From: Solirubrobacterales bacterium
Lineage (GTDB): Bacteria; Actinomycetota; Thermoleophilia; Solirubrobacterales; Solirubrobacteraceae
Direction of reading: 5' to 3'
Length of the DNA stretch: 64,000 nt
NCBI GenBank assembly: GCA_038238015.1
Contig: JBBRYA010000003.1
Coordinates: 14,462-78,461, forward strand
The notes beneath the pieces were generated by a model, which searched no databases, was not told where the DNA came from, and was given only the letters and a program-made list of their open reading frames with translations. The first letter of the stretch is position 1. Every line of letters begins with the position of its first letter. Position numbers and translations under genes: made by a program. Below are positions 25,595 to 34,554 of this stretch, one piece after another.

Positions 25595-27976
25595 GTGAGC
25601 TCGCTCGACGTGGCGATGTTGCTCCACAAGTCGGTCGTGCACGACTCGCGCGTCCGCCGTGAGGCGCGGGCGCTGGCCGAGGCGGGGCACAGGGTGACCG
25701 TGATAGAGCTCGACGCAGACGCCGCGGGAACCCTCGACGGCTTTCGCCGCGTGTCGGCGGCGCCCCCCGCCTGGTTCAGGCATGCACTGCCGTTCCAGCT
25801 CTACCGCGCGGCGTTCCTGGCCGGGTTCCTGTGGCGGCTGCTGCGCATGCGTCCTGACGTCGTCCACGCCCATGATGCGGCGATGCTGCTCCCCGGTCTG
25901 ATCGCGGCGAAGCTCACGGGCGCAAGGCTCGTCTACGACTCGCACGAGCTGGCGACCGGGGTCCCCTACCGCGACCGCGGGTGGGCGCTCTTCGTCCGGG
26001 CCGTCGAGCGGATCGCGGTGCCGCGGGCGGCCCTGGTCATCACGGTCACAGACGGCATCGCCGGACGGATCGCGACGCTCTACGGGCTCCCCGACCGCCC
26101 GGTCGTGGTGCGCAACGTGTGTGACCTGCCGCGCCCGCAAATGGAGGGCTCGCCATTGCGCGACCGGCTCGGGATCAGCGGCGAGCCGCTTGTCCTCCAC
26201 CAAGGTGCGGCCGCCCCTGCCCGCGGGTGCGAAGTCCTCATCGATGCCGTGGCGACTCTCGATGATGTCCATCTCGCCTTCCTAGGGACGGGCGACTTGG
26301 GCTTCGACGACGCGCTGGCCGACCGAGCGGCCGCGCGCGGACTCGCCGAGCGGGTCCACTTCCTCGACAGCGTCGCGCCTGAGTTCCTCTTGGAGCTGAC
26401 GCGAGACGCGGACGTAGGGGTGACCCTTCTCCAGGACACCTGCGAGAACCACCGCCTTGCGCTGCCAAACAAGCTGTTCGAGTACGTCGCCGCCGGGGTG
26501 CCCGTGGTGGCGAGCGCGTTGCCGGAGATCGTTCGCATCGTCGACGGGCTGGGGATCGGGTGGATCGTCGATCCCGCCGACCCGGTGCAGTTGGCCGTAG
26601 CGCTGCGGCGGGGACTCGGCGCGAGAGGCGACGAGGAAATGAGCCGGCGGCTGGTCGCGGCCGACGCCGATCTCAGCTGGACGGCCGAGTCCCGCCGCCT
26701 CGTGGAGGCCTATGCCGTCGTGGTGGGTGCGCGTCGACCGGACGCGGGCGGCGCGCGCGCGCTCGTTCTCGTGCGTAACACCGTGAGTCACGACGCGCGC
26801 GTCCACCGTGAGGTCGAGGCACTTACGGCCGCAGGCTGGCGGCCCGTCGTCGCCGGAGTGGTCTCCACCACCGTCACCGAGCGCCACGGGCGAGTTGGGC
26901 CGGCGCCGCTGGTGCGGCTGGCCCCTAGGTCGCCGCTCGGACGGGCGCGCGACATGGTGCGTGGTCGTCGGGAAGCAGCGGCGCCTCCCCCGCCAACGCC
27001 GGCTGAAGTGGCCGCCGAGCGGGCGGGCGCCCCGACGAGCGGCGGCTCACCACTGCACGCGGCGCACCGGACGCTCACCGCGCTCGACTTCTACCGCCGC
27101 GGGCTTGGGCTGGTACGGGCGCTGCGCCCGAGGCTGCTGCACTGCAACGACTGGAACACGATGTGGATCGGGGTGACGGCGAAGCTGCTGTGGCGCATCC
27201 CGGTCGTCTACGACGCGCACGAGCTGTGGCCGGATCGCAACGGGCGTCCCGAGCCGCGCTGGTGGCTGATCGCCTGCGAGTCGCTGTTCGTGCGCGCCGC
27301 GGACGAGGTGATCACGACGAGCCCAGGCTACGCGGACACGATGATGCGCCGGTATCGCATCCGGCGCCCGACGGTCGTGCGCAACGTCCCGGCGGAAGCT
27401 TCGCCCCCAGCCGCCGGTCGCCCTCCGGGCCCGCCCGTCCTTGTGTACGTCGGCGGCGTGCTCCGAGGCAGGGGGATCGAGCAGGCGATCTCGGCCCTGC
27501 CGCACCTGTCCGACGTGCGGCTCGACGTGATCGGCCCCGGCGCGGACACCTACCTGCTCGCCCTGCGCTTGTGCGCGGAGGAGAACGGCGTCGAAGACCG
27601 CGTGCGCTTCGTGGCGCCGGTTGCTCCGAGCGAGGTGGTCGACGCCGTGCGCCATGGCTCCGCGGGCCTCTGCCTCATCCAGCCCATCTGCCTTTCCTAC
27701 GAGCTGACGCTCCCGAACAAGCTCTTCGAGTACGCGGCGGCCGGCGTACCCGTGCTCGGCAGCGACCTGCCGGTGATCGCCGCGGTGGTGCGGGAGTTCG
27801 ATGCCGGGGAGGTGGTGGCGCCGGATGACCCGCGGTCGATCGCCGACGGGCTGGCGCGCCTCCTCGACCCCGATCGTCAGGCCGAGTGCCGGCGTGGCGC
27901 CGCGGCGCTCTCGCGCAGCGCTACGTGGATGAGCGAGCGGTCGCTGCTCGAGGCGGTCTATGCGCGGGCGGGCTGA
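25595..27976 (+). CDS. tandem double glycosyltransferase family 4 (two complete GT-B modules in one polypeptide)
   Basis: The first module ends ...LPNKLFEYVAAGVPVVASALPEI and the second ends ...LPNKLFEYAAAGVPVLGSDLPVI. Both begin with (V/L)HDxRVxREaxAL. The start is GTG 25595 or ATG 25616. Confidence 0.85.
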   Translation: MSSLDVAMLLHKSVVHDSRVRREARALAEAGHRVTVIELDADAAGTLDGFRRVSAAPPAWFRHALPFQLYRAAFLAGFLWRLLRMRPDVVHAHDAAMLLPGLIAAKLTGARLVYDSHELATGVPYRDRGWALFVRAVERIAVPRAALVITVTDGIAGRIATLYGLPDRPVVVRNVCDLPRPQMEGSPLRDRLGISGEPLVLHQGAAAPARGCEVLIDAVATLDDVHLAFLGTGDLGFDDALADRAAARGLAERVHFLDSVAPEFLLELTRDADVGVTLLQDTCENHRLALPNKLFEYVAAGVPVVASALPEIVRIVDGLGIGWIVDPADPVQLAVALRRGLGARGDEEMSRRLVAADADLSWTAESRRLVEAYAVVVGARRPDAGGARALVLVRNTVSHDARVHREVEALTAAGWRPVVAGVVSTTVTERHGRVGPAPLVRLAPRSPLGRARDMVRGRREAAAPPPPTPAEVAAERAGAPTSGGSPLHAAHRTLTALDFYRRGLGLVRALRPRLLHCNDWNTMWIGVTAKLLWRIPVVYDAHELWPDRNGRPEPRWWLIACESLFVRAADEVITTSPGYADTMMRRYRIRRPTVVRNVPAEASPPAAGRPPGPPVLVYVGGVLRGRGIEQAISALPHLSDVRLDVIGPGADTYLLALRLCAEENGVEDRVRFVAPVAPSEVVDAVRHGSAGLCLIQPICLSYELTLPNKLFEYAAAGVPVLGSDLPVIAAVVREFDAGEVVAPDDPRSIADGLARLLDPDRQAECRRGAAALSRSATWMSERSLLEAVYARAG

Positions 27977-29361
27977 CCCGCTACCGAGGGCTGCACCAAC
28001 TCGGCGAGCGCGTTGTGCATGAAGCGCTGGAGGCGTGGATCGACGTGGCCCGGGAAGCCCCAATCGTCGAGACCCCACGCGAACTGCATGGTTCCCGTCG
28101 CGAATACCAGCGCCCCCGACGGCAAGCGGTGCCGGACCGCATCCGCGTTTGCGACGTCCCCCTCGTAGTGGAAGAAGACCTGCAGCTGGTTCGGCTCCCA
28201 CCCGGGCTGCAGGCCATCCCATTCGTAGCCGACCAGACCGTGCAGCTCGTCTCCTGGCTCGAACCCAGTTCCCTGCATCCATGGATCGTCCGCTATCTCG
28301 GGCGCGACTCTGTAGTGGCGCGGCGGGAGCCCGGCAGCCGTGATGCCGCCCTGGTACTGCACCCCGAGTAGCTCACATTCGGGGCGTCGTGGGCGCAAGT
28401 CGCGGAAGCGGATGGTCTTGCGCGCCGGGTCGTGCTCGGGATCCCGCCCGGCGTGCCGATACTGGACCAGCGTGCGCTCGCGGTCCTCGTACCGGGCCTG
28501 CCAATAGATCGTGTTTGCTCCCATGCAGGCCAGGTTCGACCCGTACTTCAGCGCGTCGAGCAGCGCGTAGTTCATCTCTGGCGTCCAGTACTCGTCGTGA
28601 CCGGCCGTCATGATCAGATCGTGGCCGACGAGCGACCACGGCTCGCGGTGCGTGTCGACGTCGGTCGTGTAGCCGACGTCGTAGCCATGGCGCTCCAGGA
28701 AGCGAACGAGCTGGTAGTCCCACGTGAAGGGCCAACGGCTGTTCGGGTTGGCCCAGCGCCATGCGGCGTAAGGCCGGTCAAAGGAGACCTTGACCGCGGC
28801 AGCCTGATCCCTGCTGTTCGACGGGTACAGGCTGCGGCCGCCCCAGTGGTTATAGGCCTGGGCGGTGTTGACCCCAGCTTGCACCAGGATTGCCTGGCGT
28901 GTATCGCGCCGCGGTCGGACCACAAAGGGCACGAACGCCATCGTCCCGGCGTGCTTGCCCGAAGTGAGCACCAAGCGGGCGATGTAAATGCCGCTGACCC
29001 AGTCGCCTCCGATCGCGATCCGGTCGGTCACGGGCCAACCCGCGATGCACAGGCCAGTCTGCGGATCGGGGTCCGGCACCTCGCGCGGCATCCCCTGAAG
29101 ATCGCCGCCGGCAAGGGGCAACTCAGCGACGCGCCGCGCGCCGGCGCCGTCGTACCAGCCGAGTCGGTAGATCTGGATTCGATAACGCGCAGCGGGAGCA
29201 GTGCTGATGCACAGCTCAAGGACGTCTCCCGGGCGGACGCCCACTTGTGCCGCATAGCCCTCGATGGACCACTGCGGCGCCATGCTGGTCCACCACTCGT
29301 CGTGGCCTGCTCGTTGGTTCTCGTCTGCTATGGCCGTATCAGAGCTGAGGTCGGGCGCCAC
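27958..29361 (-). CDS. N,N-dimethylformamidase beta-subunit-like family protein (function unknown)
   Basis: 467 aa. The motifs ...ILVQAGVNTAQAYNHWGGRSLY..., HDEYWT and ...LACMGANTIYWQARYE... recall this family. The assignment is from memory of family motifs only. Confidence 0.5.
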   Translation of the reverse strand: MAPDLSSDTAIADENQRAGHDEWWTSMAPQWSIEGYAAQVGVRPGDVLELCISTAPAARYRIQIYRLGWYDGAGARRVAELPLAGGDLQGMPREVPDPDPQTGLCIAGWPVTDRIAIGGDWVSGIYIARLVLTSGKHAGTMAFVPFVVRPRRDTRQAILVQAGVNTAQAYNHWGGRSLYPSNSRDQAAAVKVSFDRPYAAWRWANPNSRWPFTWDYQLVRFLERHGYDVGYTTDVDTHREPWSLVGHDLIMTAGHDEYWTPEMNYALLDALKYGSNLACMGANTIYWQARYEDRERTLVQYRHAGRDPEHDPARKTIRFRDLRPRRPECELLGVQYQGGITAAGLPPRHYRVAPEIADDPWMQGTGFEPGDELHGLVGYEWDGLQPGWEPNQLQVFFHYEGDVANADAVRHRLPSGALVFATGTMQFAWGLDDWGFPGHVDPRLQRFMHNALAELVQPSVAGQPARA

Positions 29362-29423
29362 GGGCGCGCAAGGGTAGTCGCCCGCGATCCCTGAAACTTG
29401 CCTGCGGCCAACGCAGCGCCATC

Positions 29424-31397
29424 ATGGCGAGGCGTGTTCTTGAATCCCCATCACCCGTTCGCATGAGCGTCCCCGCTGCCTCCGGCAACTCGGGCAAGCG
29501 CTCGGACGTGCTGATCCAGTTCGGCAGCCGGATCGGCCGCGACACGGTCGTCTACGCGCTCGGTACGGCGATAGTGCTGCCCTTCAGCTTGGTCACAGTT
29601 GCCGTACTTACGCGGTACCTCACACCCGCTGAGTACGGCCAGCTGGCGGTGCTCTTCGTCTTCTCCGGCCTCCTGACGACGCTCTACAACGTCGGCTCGC
29701 TACAGGGCACGCTGATGTGGGTGTTCGGGAGTTCTGGTGACGAGGTCGAGGCAGCTGCCACAGGCGGCGCCGCCTCGGGCACCAAGCGCCGTGCTCTCGG
29801 ATCAGGACTCGGCCTGACGACGCTGATCGTCACGGTGGCGACGATTCCCATCCTGCTGTTCGCGGTCCCGATTCGCGATCTCCTCCTCGGCGGCGCGGCA
29901 CCGCCTGCGGCCGTGCGTTGGGCTGCCGCGTCGGCGGCCTTCGGATCGCTGTGGCGGCTGGTCATCAACGTGTTCCGCATGGAGCGCCGGCCCCGGACGT
30001 TCGCGACCCTCAATGCATTACGCCCGACGTTCGTGCTCGGGTGCTCGATTCCGCTGGTGGCCACTGGGCACGGTGCTACCGGCGCCGTTGCCGGCACAGC
30101 TCTGGGCACTGCCGTCGGCGTGCTCGTGTGTCTGTTCCTTGGACGCCGCAGTTACGCAGTCGGCCTGCACCGCGAGGACGTTCGTCGCATCGTCTCGATG
30201 GGCTCCCGCTTCGTCGCCCTTGTCGTGGCTCTCTGGGTGGTGCACAACGCTGACGTCTACGTCCTGTCGCGGTTCGAAGCCGAACGCGACGTCGGTCTCT
30301 ACCGGCTCGCCGGCCGGGTTGCCGCGTTCCTGTCCTACTTCGTCAGCTCCTTTCTGATGGCGTGGGGTCCCCTCGAGGCGACATCCCTGTTCCAGGCAAC
30401 TTATGCGCGCCATGGCCGTCCCGGGGTTCGCAGTCGCCTCATCACCTACTACCTCGTCATCGCGCTCACCCTCCTGCTTGCGATGGCGGTGAGCGCGGAG
30501 GTGCTCGTCCGCATCGCCGCACCGGCCTACGCGGCCGCGGCGCCGCTCATCGCGCCCATCGGTTTCGGCTTCGTCGCGTACGGCGGATTCATCGTGCTCG
30601 CGAGGTCAGCGACCATCGCGCATCGAAACCTGGTCTACGGGACTCTGGCAGTCGGGTGCGCCGCGCTCTTCTCGCTCCTCGCCGTTCTCCTCATTCCGCC
30701 CTTTGGGGGATATGGCGCCGCGCTGGCGGTCGCGCTGTCTATGTTCACCGGATGCATCATCTTCATGGTGCTGATCGCGCGGGCCGAGCAGCCGGTGCCG
30801 TTCGAGTACGGGCGCCTCTTGGGGGTCCTGACTCTGGCGTTAGGGGCCTATGCAGCGATGCGTTGGGGCGCACCGGCGGCAGGCAGTTCGCGCTCGCTGG
30901 TGGACGCTGGCATCTTCGCGGCGTTCCTGGTCGCGCTGCTCGGGTTTCGCATTGTGCCCCTCGCGCATCTCCGACCGCTTGGGCGAATGGCCGCGTCGAT
31001 GCTGCCGGCGCGTGGGAACCGAAGCCGCCTGCTCGAGGCAACGGCTCGGCTCGCGTCGAGCGACCAGCTGGCTCTCGAGCTCGTGGCGCGCCGCCACTTG
31101 CCTCCCGAGGAGGCGGCCCAGCGACTGGGCGCGGGCGTCGATGAGCTTCTCGCAGCGCTGGTGCGCGCACTTCGAGGCGTCGAGGGACGCGGGACGTCCA
31201 CGGACGCCGACGCCCGCATCGGCGCATATCTCGTCAGAGAGCAGGCTCCCGCAGAGCGGGATGCACTTGCCCAGCGCCTCTGGGAGAGCGGGGTTGACCC
31301 CCTCGACCTCCACGAGCTCGAGACGACGCTTGCGCAGGTGCGCGCCATCCCGCGGCGCCGCTGGCGCACGGCGACGCCGCAGGCCGCCGCCGAGTGA
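29424..31397 (+). CDS. wzx: Wzx-type polysaccharide flippase (MOP superfamily) with ~130-aa cytoplasmic tail (copy 1)
   Basis: About 12-14 hydrophobic helices and a typical N-terminal region (...GSRIGRDTVVYALGTAIVLPF...). The soluble C-terminal extension has no recognised motif. Confidence 0.8.
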   Translation: MARRVLESPSPVRMSVPAASGNSGKRSDVLIQFGSRIGRDTVVYALGTAIVLPFSLVTVAVLTRYLTPAEYGQLAVLFVFSGLLTTLYNVGSLQGTLMWVFGSSGDEVEAAATGGAASGTKRRALGSGLGLTTLIVTVATIPILLFAVPIRDLLLGGAAPPAAVRWAAASAAFGSLWRLVINVFRMERRPRTFATLNALRPTFVLGCSIPLVATGHGATGAVAGTALGTAVGVLVCLFLGRRSYAVGLHREDVRRIVSMGSRFVALVVALWVVHNADVYVLSRFEAERDVGLYRLAGRVAAFLSYFVSSFLMAWGPLEATSLFQATYARHGRPGVRSRLITYYLVIALTLLLAMAVSAEVLVRIAAPAYAAAAPLIAPIGFGFVAYGGFIVLARSATIAHRNLVYGTLAVGCAALFSLLAVLLIPPFGGYGAALAVALSMFTGCIIFMVLIARAEQPVPFEYGRLLGVLTLALGAYAAMRWGAPAAGSSRSLVDAGIFAAFLVALLGFRIVPLAHLRPLGRMAASMLPARGNRSRLLEATARLASSDQLALELVARRHLPPEEAAQRLGAGVDELLAALVRALRGVEGRGTSTDADARIGAYLVREQAPAERDALAQRLWESGVDPLDLHELETTLAQVRAIPRRRWRTATPQAAAE

Positions 31398-34300
31398 TCA
31401 CGCGGCGATCCGGGTGAGCGAGCCGCGACTCGCGCGTGCGTCGGCAATCGCTGCTAGCAGCACGTCGACGCGATGGGCGAACGTGTGCTCAGCCAGCACC
31501 TTGAAACGGCCCTCGGCTGAGCGTCGCCGACGTTCCTCCGGGTCCGCGAGCAGTCTCTCTACGTGAGCGTGAAGTTCCTCGGGCGTGTCGTACGTGACGA
31601 CCGCATCGCCGAAGTGCTCTTCGAGCCCAGCCACGCGATCGCTGATCACGACGGCACCGCAGGCGACGGCGTCGTACACGCGATTGGAGATGAACCCGTG
31701 GGCACGCATGTCCTCCCAGTGATCGTTCAGGACGATTCCCGCCGACGAGTAGACCTGGCGAACCTCGTCACTCGCGACCCACTCGGCAACTACCAGGCCG
31801 TCCTCGATGAGGCCGTTCCAATTGGAGCCGAAGACGGCAAGATCGTGTTTCGTGGGCAGGAGGTCGGCCAAGACCTTGCGACGGACGAAGCGCGAGTTGC
31901 CGACGAAGACCAGATCGCGGCGGTGCAGTTCGGTGGGCTCCGGGTGAAAGACGCGCGGGTCAGTCGCCTGCTCGAGCAAGACGACCGGGGTAGAGGTTCT
32001 CTGGCTCAGATCGGCGGCAAAGCCGGGCGAGGCCACGAAGACGAGGTCGTAGCCGTCGCACTCCGCGCCGCCGAGGTCCTCTGGATGACTGATGTTCCAT
32101 AGCACGTTGAGCTGGCCCGGCTTGGGGGAGTGCCGGCTCAGCCCCCGCAGCACGATGGCCACATCGCAGCTCAAGCCGGCGGGATCCTCCCACTCCGCCA
32201 GCACCTGGATGAGGCTGCGGTGGCCACGTCGCTGCAACTCGCGTTGGAGCGCAGTAGCAAAGTGAAGATCGCCCCATCGCGCCGCCGCCTCCCAGGTGGG
32301 GGCCCCGATCTTAATGGCGAACGAGAGCTTCTGCTCAGACTCCTCGAGGATCTCCACCAGTCGATCAGCACGGTGCGCATAGGTGTGATGGTTGAGAACC
32401 GTCCGGCGGTACCGGCGTCCAAGCTCGCGGCGACGGTCTCCGTCTTCGAGCAGCGCATCGAGTTGCGCGCGCAGCGACGCCTGCGACGACCAGACCGGAA
32501 ACTCGGTGTCGAACAACTCGCGCACTCCTGACCCGCAGTTGGTGATAACGGGCGCGCCACACGCAAGTGCGTCGAAGACGCGGGCGTTCACCGCACCGAT
32601 CGGGAGTGTGGGCGCTGCGGTGTCGTCAATGACGAGCTTCGCCCATCCGTAGACCTTGCGAAGCTCTTCGTACGCGGCCGTCCCGTTGGCGAAGGGCGCA
32701 AGCGGGCTGTCTTCCCAACCCCGCCCGTAGATCGCGACCTGCTCTCCATCGCGCGGGCGAAGGGCGCGCTCGATGTCGCGCTCGACGCCCCAGCGGTTGC
32801 CGGTGAACACGTAATCCAGTTCACGGACGTTGCGTGGGGGTGGGAAGAAGCGCGCCGGGTTCGTGGCGAGCGGGAACGGGATGCTGGGTCGCCCCGTCCG
32901 CGCCGCGATGAGGTCGCCCGAGATGCCCGAAGACACCAGGAGCAGATCGATGCGATTGAACCACGGGCGTTCGAGCCAGCGCTCGGTCCAGTTGCGGATC
33001 CAGGCAACGGTGACCACGTCCGTCGGCACTCGCCGAGCATCGAAAGGGTCCATGAGCGTGATGAGGTAGTCAAGATCGGCCGGAAGGTCATACCAGTGGT
33101 CGTCCTTGCGCTCTGCGTAGGTGATCTGCCAGCCCTTCTGCACCAGCGCGTCACCGAGCTCATGCGCCGTATACCAATCGCCCCAGCCGTCCGACTGGGC
33201 CAAGCTGGTTAGCGTGATCGCCGCGTGAGGCGGCTCATCGGTCCATGCACGCGCCCCGCGCAGCCGGTCGAGCCGGACCTCGCGCCGGAGCGACGCGCTC
33301 CAGCGCTGAGCGAACAGCGCACGGTTACCAAGCCGGTTGAGGCGCATGAACTCACGGCCCGCGGCTTTCTGACTCGAGGATTCACGATGTAGGAGCATCG
33401 ACCGGCCGCTAACGCGGATTTCGTGCCCCATGCGGCGCAGCTGGAGCCCGAAGTCGACGTCCTCGGTTCCGTACCGGTAGCCCACGGGGAAGCCGCCCGC
33501 GGCCTCGAAGATGACGCGCGGCAACAGCAGGCAGGCTGCGGTCGTTGACGGCTGGCTGCGCTCCACGCCGAAGTGCTGGCCGAAGGCGTCGTCACCATCC
33601 CCGGCGTTGTAGGCGCGCAGCGCGTTTCCGTCGCGCCGGAAGCGGATCCCGGCATGTTGCACGATCCACCCGCTTGGTGCGCGCACATCCGTGACGTCGG
33701 CGTGCAGCAGCGTGGCGCCGACGACGGTGGTGCCGGCCTGCTGCGCCGCAACGAGCTCGTGAAGCCAACCGGGTTCGATCGGTTCCACGTCATTGTTGGC
33801 GAAGAGCAGCAGCTGCCCGGCCGCAACCCCCGCACCCTGATTGCAGGCCTCTGAGAACGACCGGTTCGACTCGTTGGCCTCCATCCGGACGGGGAACGGC
33901 GCTTCGAGCTCCGTGAGCCAGTCCTGCGTCCCGTCGGTCGAGGCGTTGTCCACGACCACGAGCTCCAGCCTGTCGTAGCGCGTGCGCTCGACGAGCCCGT
34001 CAACCAGGCGCTGCACGTGGCTCAATCCATCTCGGGTGACGACTACCACGGACACCAGCGGCGCGTCTTCGAGAGCAGCCGGGGGACCCAGCCGCCTCCG
34101 CGCTTCGTCCCCGAGAGCGAGAGGATCCCGAGTCTGGGGGAGGCGCGCGGCGGCAGGCGGCGCCGGAAGCGCCGCAACCGGCGCACGCGGCGCCGGCAGA
34201 AGTCCCACCGCGTCCTCGAGCCGTGCGATCCGCTCCAGAGCGGTAACGACGGCGCCGCGCGTGCGCGCGGGTCGGGCACGGATCCGGGCCGCGAGCACTG

Positions 34301-34487
34301 CCATCGTGTGGCCCCACCGCCACGTGCGTGATGCAGCGATGCGCTCGAGGTCAGCTCGTAGCGCTGCGACCCCCGTGCGTAGTGTCGAGACCTCCGCCTG
34401 CAGCTCGCGAGCCTGACGGCGCGCCTGCTCGAGCTCGCTGCGCAGCCGTTCCGCTTCGCTTCCCGGTCCCACGCGCTCGTTGGTCAC
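31398..34487 (-). CDS. multidomain glycosyltransferase: N-terminal coiled coil, a GT2 domain, and two CgeB-like (Glyco_trans_1_2-type) domains
   Basis: Coiled coil AERLRSELEQARRQARELQAEVSTLRTGVAALRADLERI. The GT2 domain has VSVVVVTRDG...VVVDNASTDGT...FANNDV. Two repeats resemble CgeB-like C-terminal GT domains (...NARVFDALACGAPVITN... and ...SNRVYDAVACGAVVISD...). GTG 34487 is preferred over 34565. Confidence 0.8.
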   Translation of the reverse strand: MTNERVGPGSEAERLRSELEQARRQARELQAEVSTLRTGVAALRADLERIAASRTWRWGHTMAVLAARIRARPARTRGAVVTALERIARLEDAVGLLPAPRAPVAALPAPPAAARLPQTRDPLALGDEARRRLGPPAALEDAPLVSVVVVTRDGLSHVQRLVDGLVERTRYDRLELVVVDNASTDGTQDWLTELEAPFPVRMEANESNRSFSEACNQGAGVAAGQLLLFANNDVEPIEPGWLHELVAAQQAGTTVVGATLLHADVTDVRAPSGWIVQHAGIRFRRDGNALRAYNAGDGDDAFGQHFGVERSQPSTTAACLLLPRVIFEAAGGFPVGYRYGTEDVDFGLQLRRMGHEIRVSGRSMLLHRESSSQKAAGREFMRLNRLGNRALFAQRWSASLRREVRLDRLRGARAWTDEPPHAAITLTSLAQSDGWGDWYTAHELGDALVQKGWQITYAERKDDHWYDLPADLDYLITLMDPFDARRVPTDVVTVAWIRNWTERWLERPWFNRIDLLLVSSGISGDLIAARTGRPSIPFPLATNPARFFPPPRNVRELDYVFTGNRWGVERDIERALRPRDGEQVAIYGRGWEDSPLAPFANGTAAYEELRKVYGWAKLVIDDTAAPTLPIGAVNARVFDALACGAPVITNCGSGVRELFDTEFPVWSSQASLRAQLDALLEDGDRRRELGRRYRRTVLNHHTYAHRADRLVEILEESEQKLSFAIKIGAPTWEAAARWGDLHFATALQRELQRRGHRSLIQVLAEWEDPAGLSCDVAIVLRGLSRHSPKPGQLNVLWNISHPEDLGGAECDGYDLVFVASPGFAADLSQRTSTPVVLLEQATDPRVFHPEPTELHRRDLVFVGNSRFVRRKVLADLLPTKHDLAVFGSNWNGLIEDGLVVAEWVASDEVRQVYSSAGIVLNDHWEDMRAHGFISNRVYDAVACGAVVISDRVAGLEEHFGDAVVTYDTPEELHAHVERLLADPEERRRRSAEGRFKVLAEHTFAHRVDVLLAAIADARASRGSLTRIAA

Positions 34488-34554
34488 GCCGCAAGCATCC
34501 CGGAAGTCGCTGCCGCGCGGTGGGTCGGGTTCGTGCCTACCATCCGCCCGACAC

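Noticed and set aside
30265-30290. ggttcgaagcc motif resembling a tRNA T-arm.
   Set aside because: It lies inside the flippase coding frame with no acceptor or anticodon stem context. No tRNA, rRNA or tRNA-Sec (selC) structure was found anywhere in the window.
29424-31397. An ABC-transporter (Wzm/Wzt) reading of the polytopic membrane proteins, which would fit the ruler hypothesis.
   Set aside because: No Walker A/B or ABC signature is present in any frame. Both proteins have the 12-14-helix MOP/Wzx look. The absence of an ABC exporter is therefore stated as a caveat, not explained away.
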